DNA from: Eubacteriales bacterium
GTDB lineage: Bacteria; Bacillota; Clostridia; Oscillospirales; CAG-272
Reading direction: 5' to 3'
Length of the DNA stretch: 64,000 nt
NCBI GenBank assembly: GCA_045655765.1
Contig: JAZOQA010000059.1
Location: 1,544-65,543, forward strand
The notes under the pieces were generated by a model that was not told the DNA's origin, did not search any database, and saw only the letters and a list, made by a program, of their open reading frames with translations. Positions within the stretch are counted from its first letter, which is position 1. Each line of letters begins with the position of its first letter. The position numbers and the translations under genes were made by a program. Of the stretch, positions 63,430 to 64,000 are shown piece by piece.

Positions 63430-64000
63430 TTAGTTGAATTTATTTTTTCTAAGGCTTTTCATCTCGCCTCTTACGCTCTCGGTAATTGCGAAAAGCTCCT
63501 CGTCACCCATTAAAGTGGTTCTTCCGTCTGAATATTCTTTGTCGATTATAGATTTAACCCTTGCGACAATTTCGTCACGCTTTGTGTATTCCTTGTCGGA
63601 CTCGCTGAAATAATGCTTATTAAGCCAATATGCGACCCCTGCAAGCCCTGAGGTGTTGGAAATGGCTATTTCTGCTTTCCTGCCAAGGATTTTTTCCGTA
63701 TCAAAGATGTTGTATATTTCCGTATCCTTAACCAGACCGTCGGCGTGAATGCCGGCTCTTGTGACGTTGAAGTTCGCACCGACAAAGGGTGTCATAGGAG
63801 GAATCTGATAGCCTGTATTGCTTTCGTAATATTCAGCAAGCTCCGTTATTACCTCGGGGTTCATTCCTCCAAAGTCACCTCGGAGCGCCGCATACTCTAT
63901 GACCATAGCTTCAAGAGGTATATTGCCTGTACGCTCGCCGACTCCGAAGAGTGAGCAGTTGACCGCACTGGCACCGTAGAGCCACGCCGAAACCGCATTC
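63430..64000 (-). CDS. HMGL-like (isopropylmalate/homocitrate synthase family) enzyme, probable Re-citrate synthase. 3' part only; gene continues past the right edge.
   Basis: The frame stays open upstream of the track's Met. 63907-64000 encodes ...GVGERTGNIPLEAM, the DRE-TIM metallolyase motif. Clustered with aconitase and IDH. Confidence 0.7.
   Translation of the reverse strand, partial: NAVSAWLYGASAVNCSLFGVGERTGNIPLEAMVIEYAALRGDFGGMNPEVITELAEYYESNTGYQIPPMTPFVGANFNVTRAGIHADGLVKDTEIYNIFDTEKILGRKAEIAISNTSGLAGVAYWLNKHYFSESDKEYTKRDEIVARVKSIIDKEYSDGRTTLMGDEELFAITESVRGEMKSLRKNKFN

Overview
This window is an origin-proximal chromosomal segment of a spore-forming Firmicute, Clostridia-like by inference from spoVAC-AD-AE, the CIRCE/hrcA heat-shock operon and a Re-citrate-synthase/aconitase/IDH cluster. 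It is densely packed with housekeeping genes. These include dnaA-dnaN-recF-remB-gyrB-gyrA, RNase J, parB and parA, hrcA-grpE-dnaK-dnaJ, rny-ymdB-mnmG, addA, truB, asnA, guaB, holA, pfkA, ribF-prmA-rsmE and greA-lysS. I found no rRNA, tRNA, CRISPR array, transposase, integrase, prophage or recognisable defence system. No protein-coding novel system is evident, and I do not claim one. The unusual content is non-coding. (1) parA and parB are split by 680 bp and sit in a roughly 4 kb region that is nearly gene-free apart from parA and parB. That region holds four parS sites in two pairs and two different degenerate tandem arrays of about 30-31 bp period flanking parA. One array reads as tandem sigma-A-like promoters. 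(2) A 20-bp palindromic box, ATGTAAACTTTAATTTACAT, recurs at six gene junctions, three of them inside operons. (3) A conserved box precedes several terminator hairpins, one copy of which lies in a 122-bp module that is tandemly duplicated. (4) An SGNH hydrolase gene is bracketed by about 60-bp direct repeats. Smaller points are also noted: a methylglyoxal-synthase-like protein with substituted catalytic motifs, a lysine-rich N-terminal extension on RNase J, an addA without an adjacent addB, and few good DnaA boxes around dnaA. All calls come from reading the sequence and the ORF track, with no database searches.
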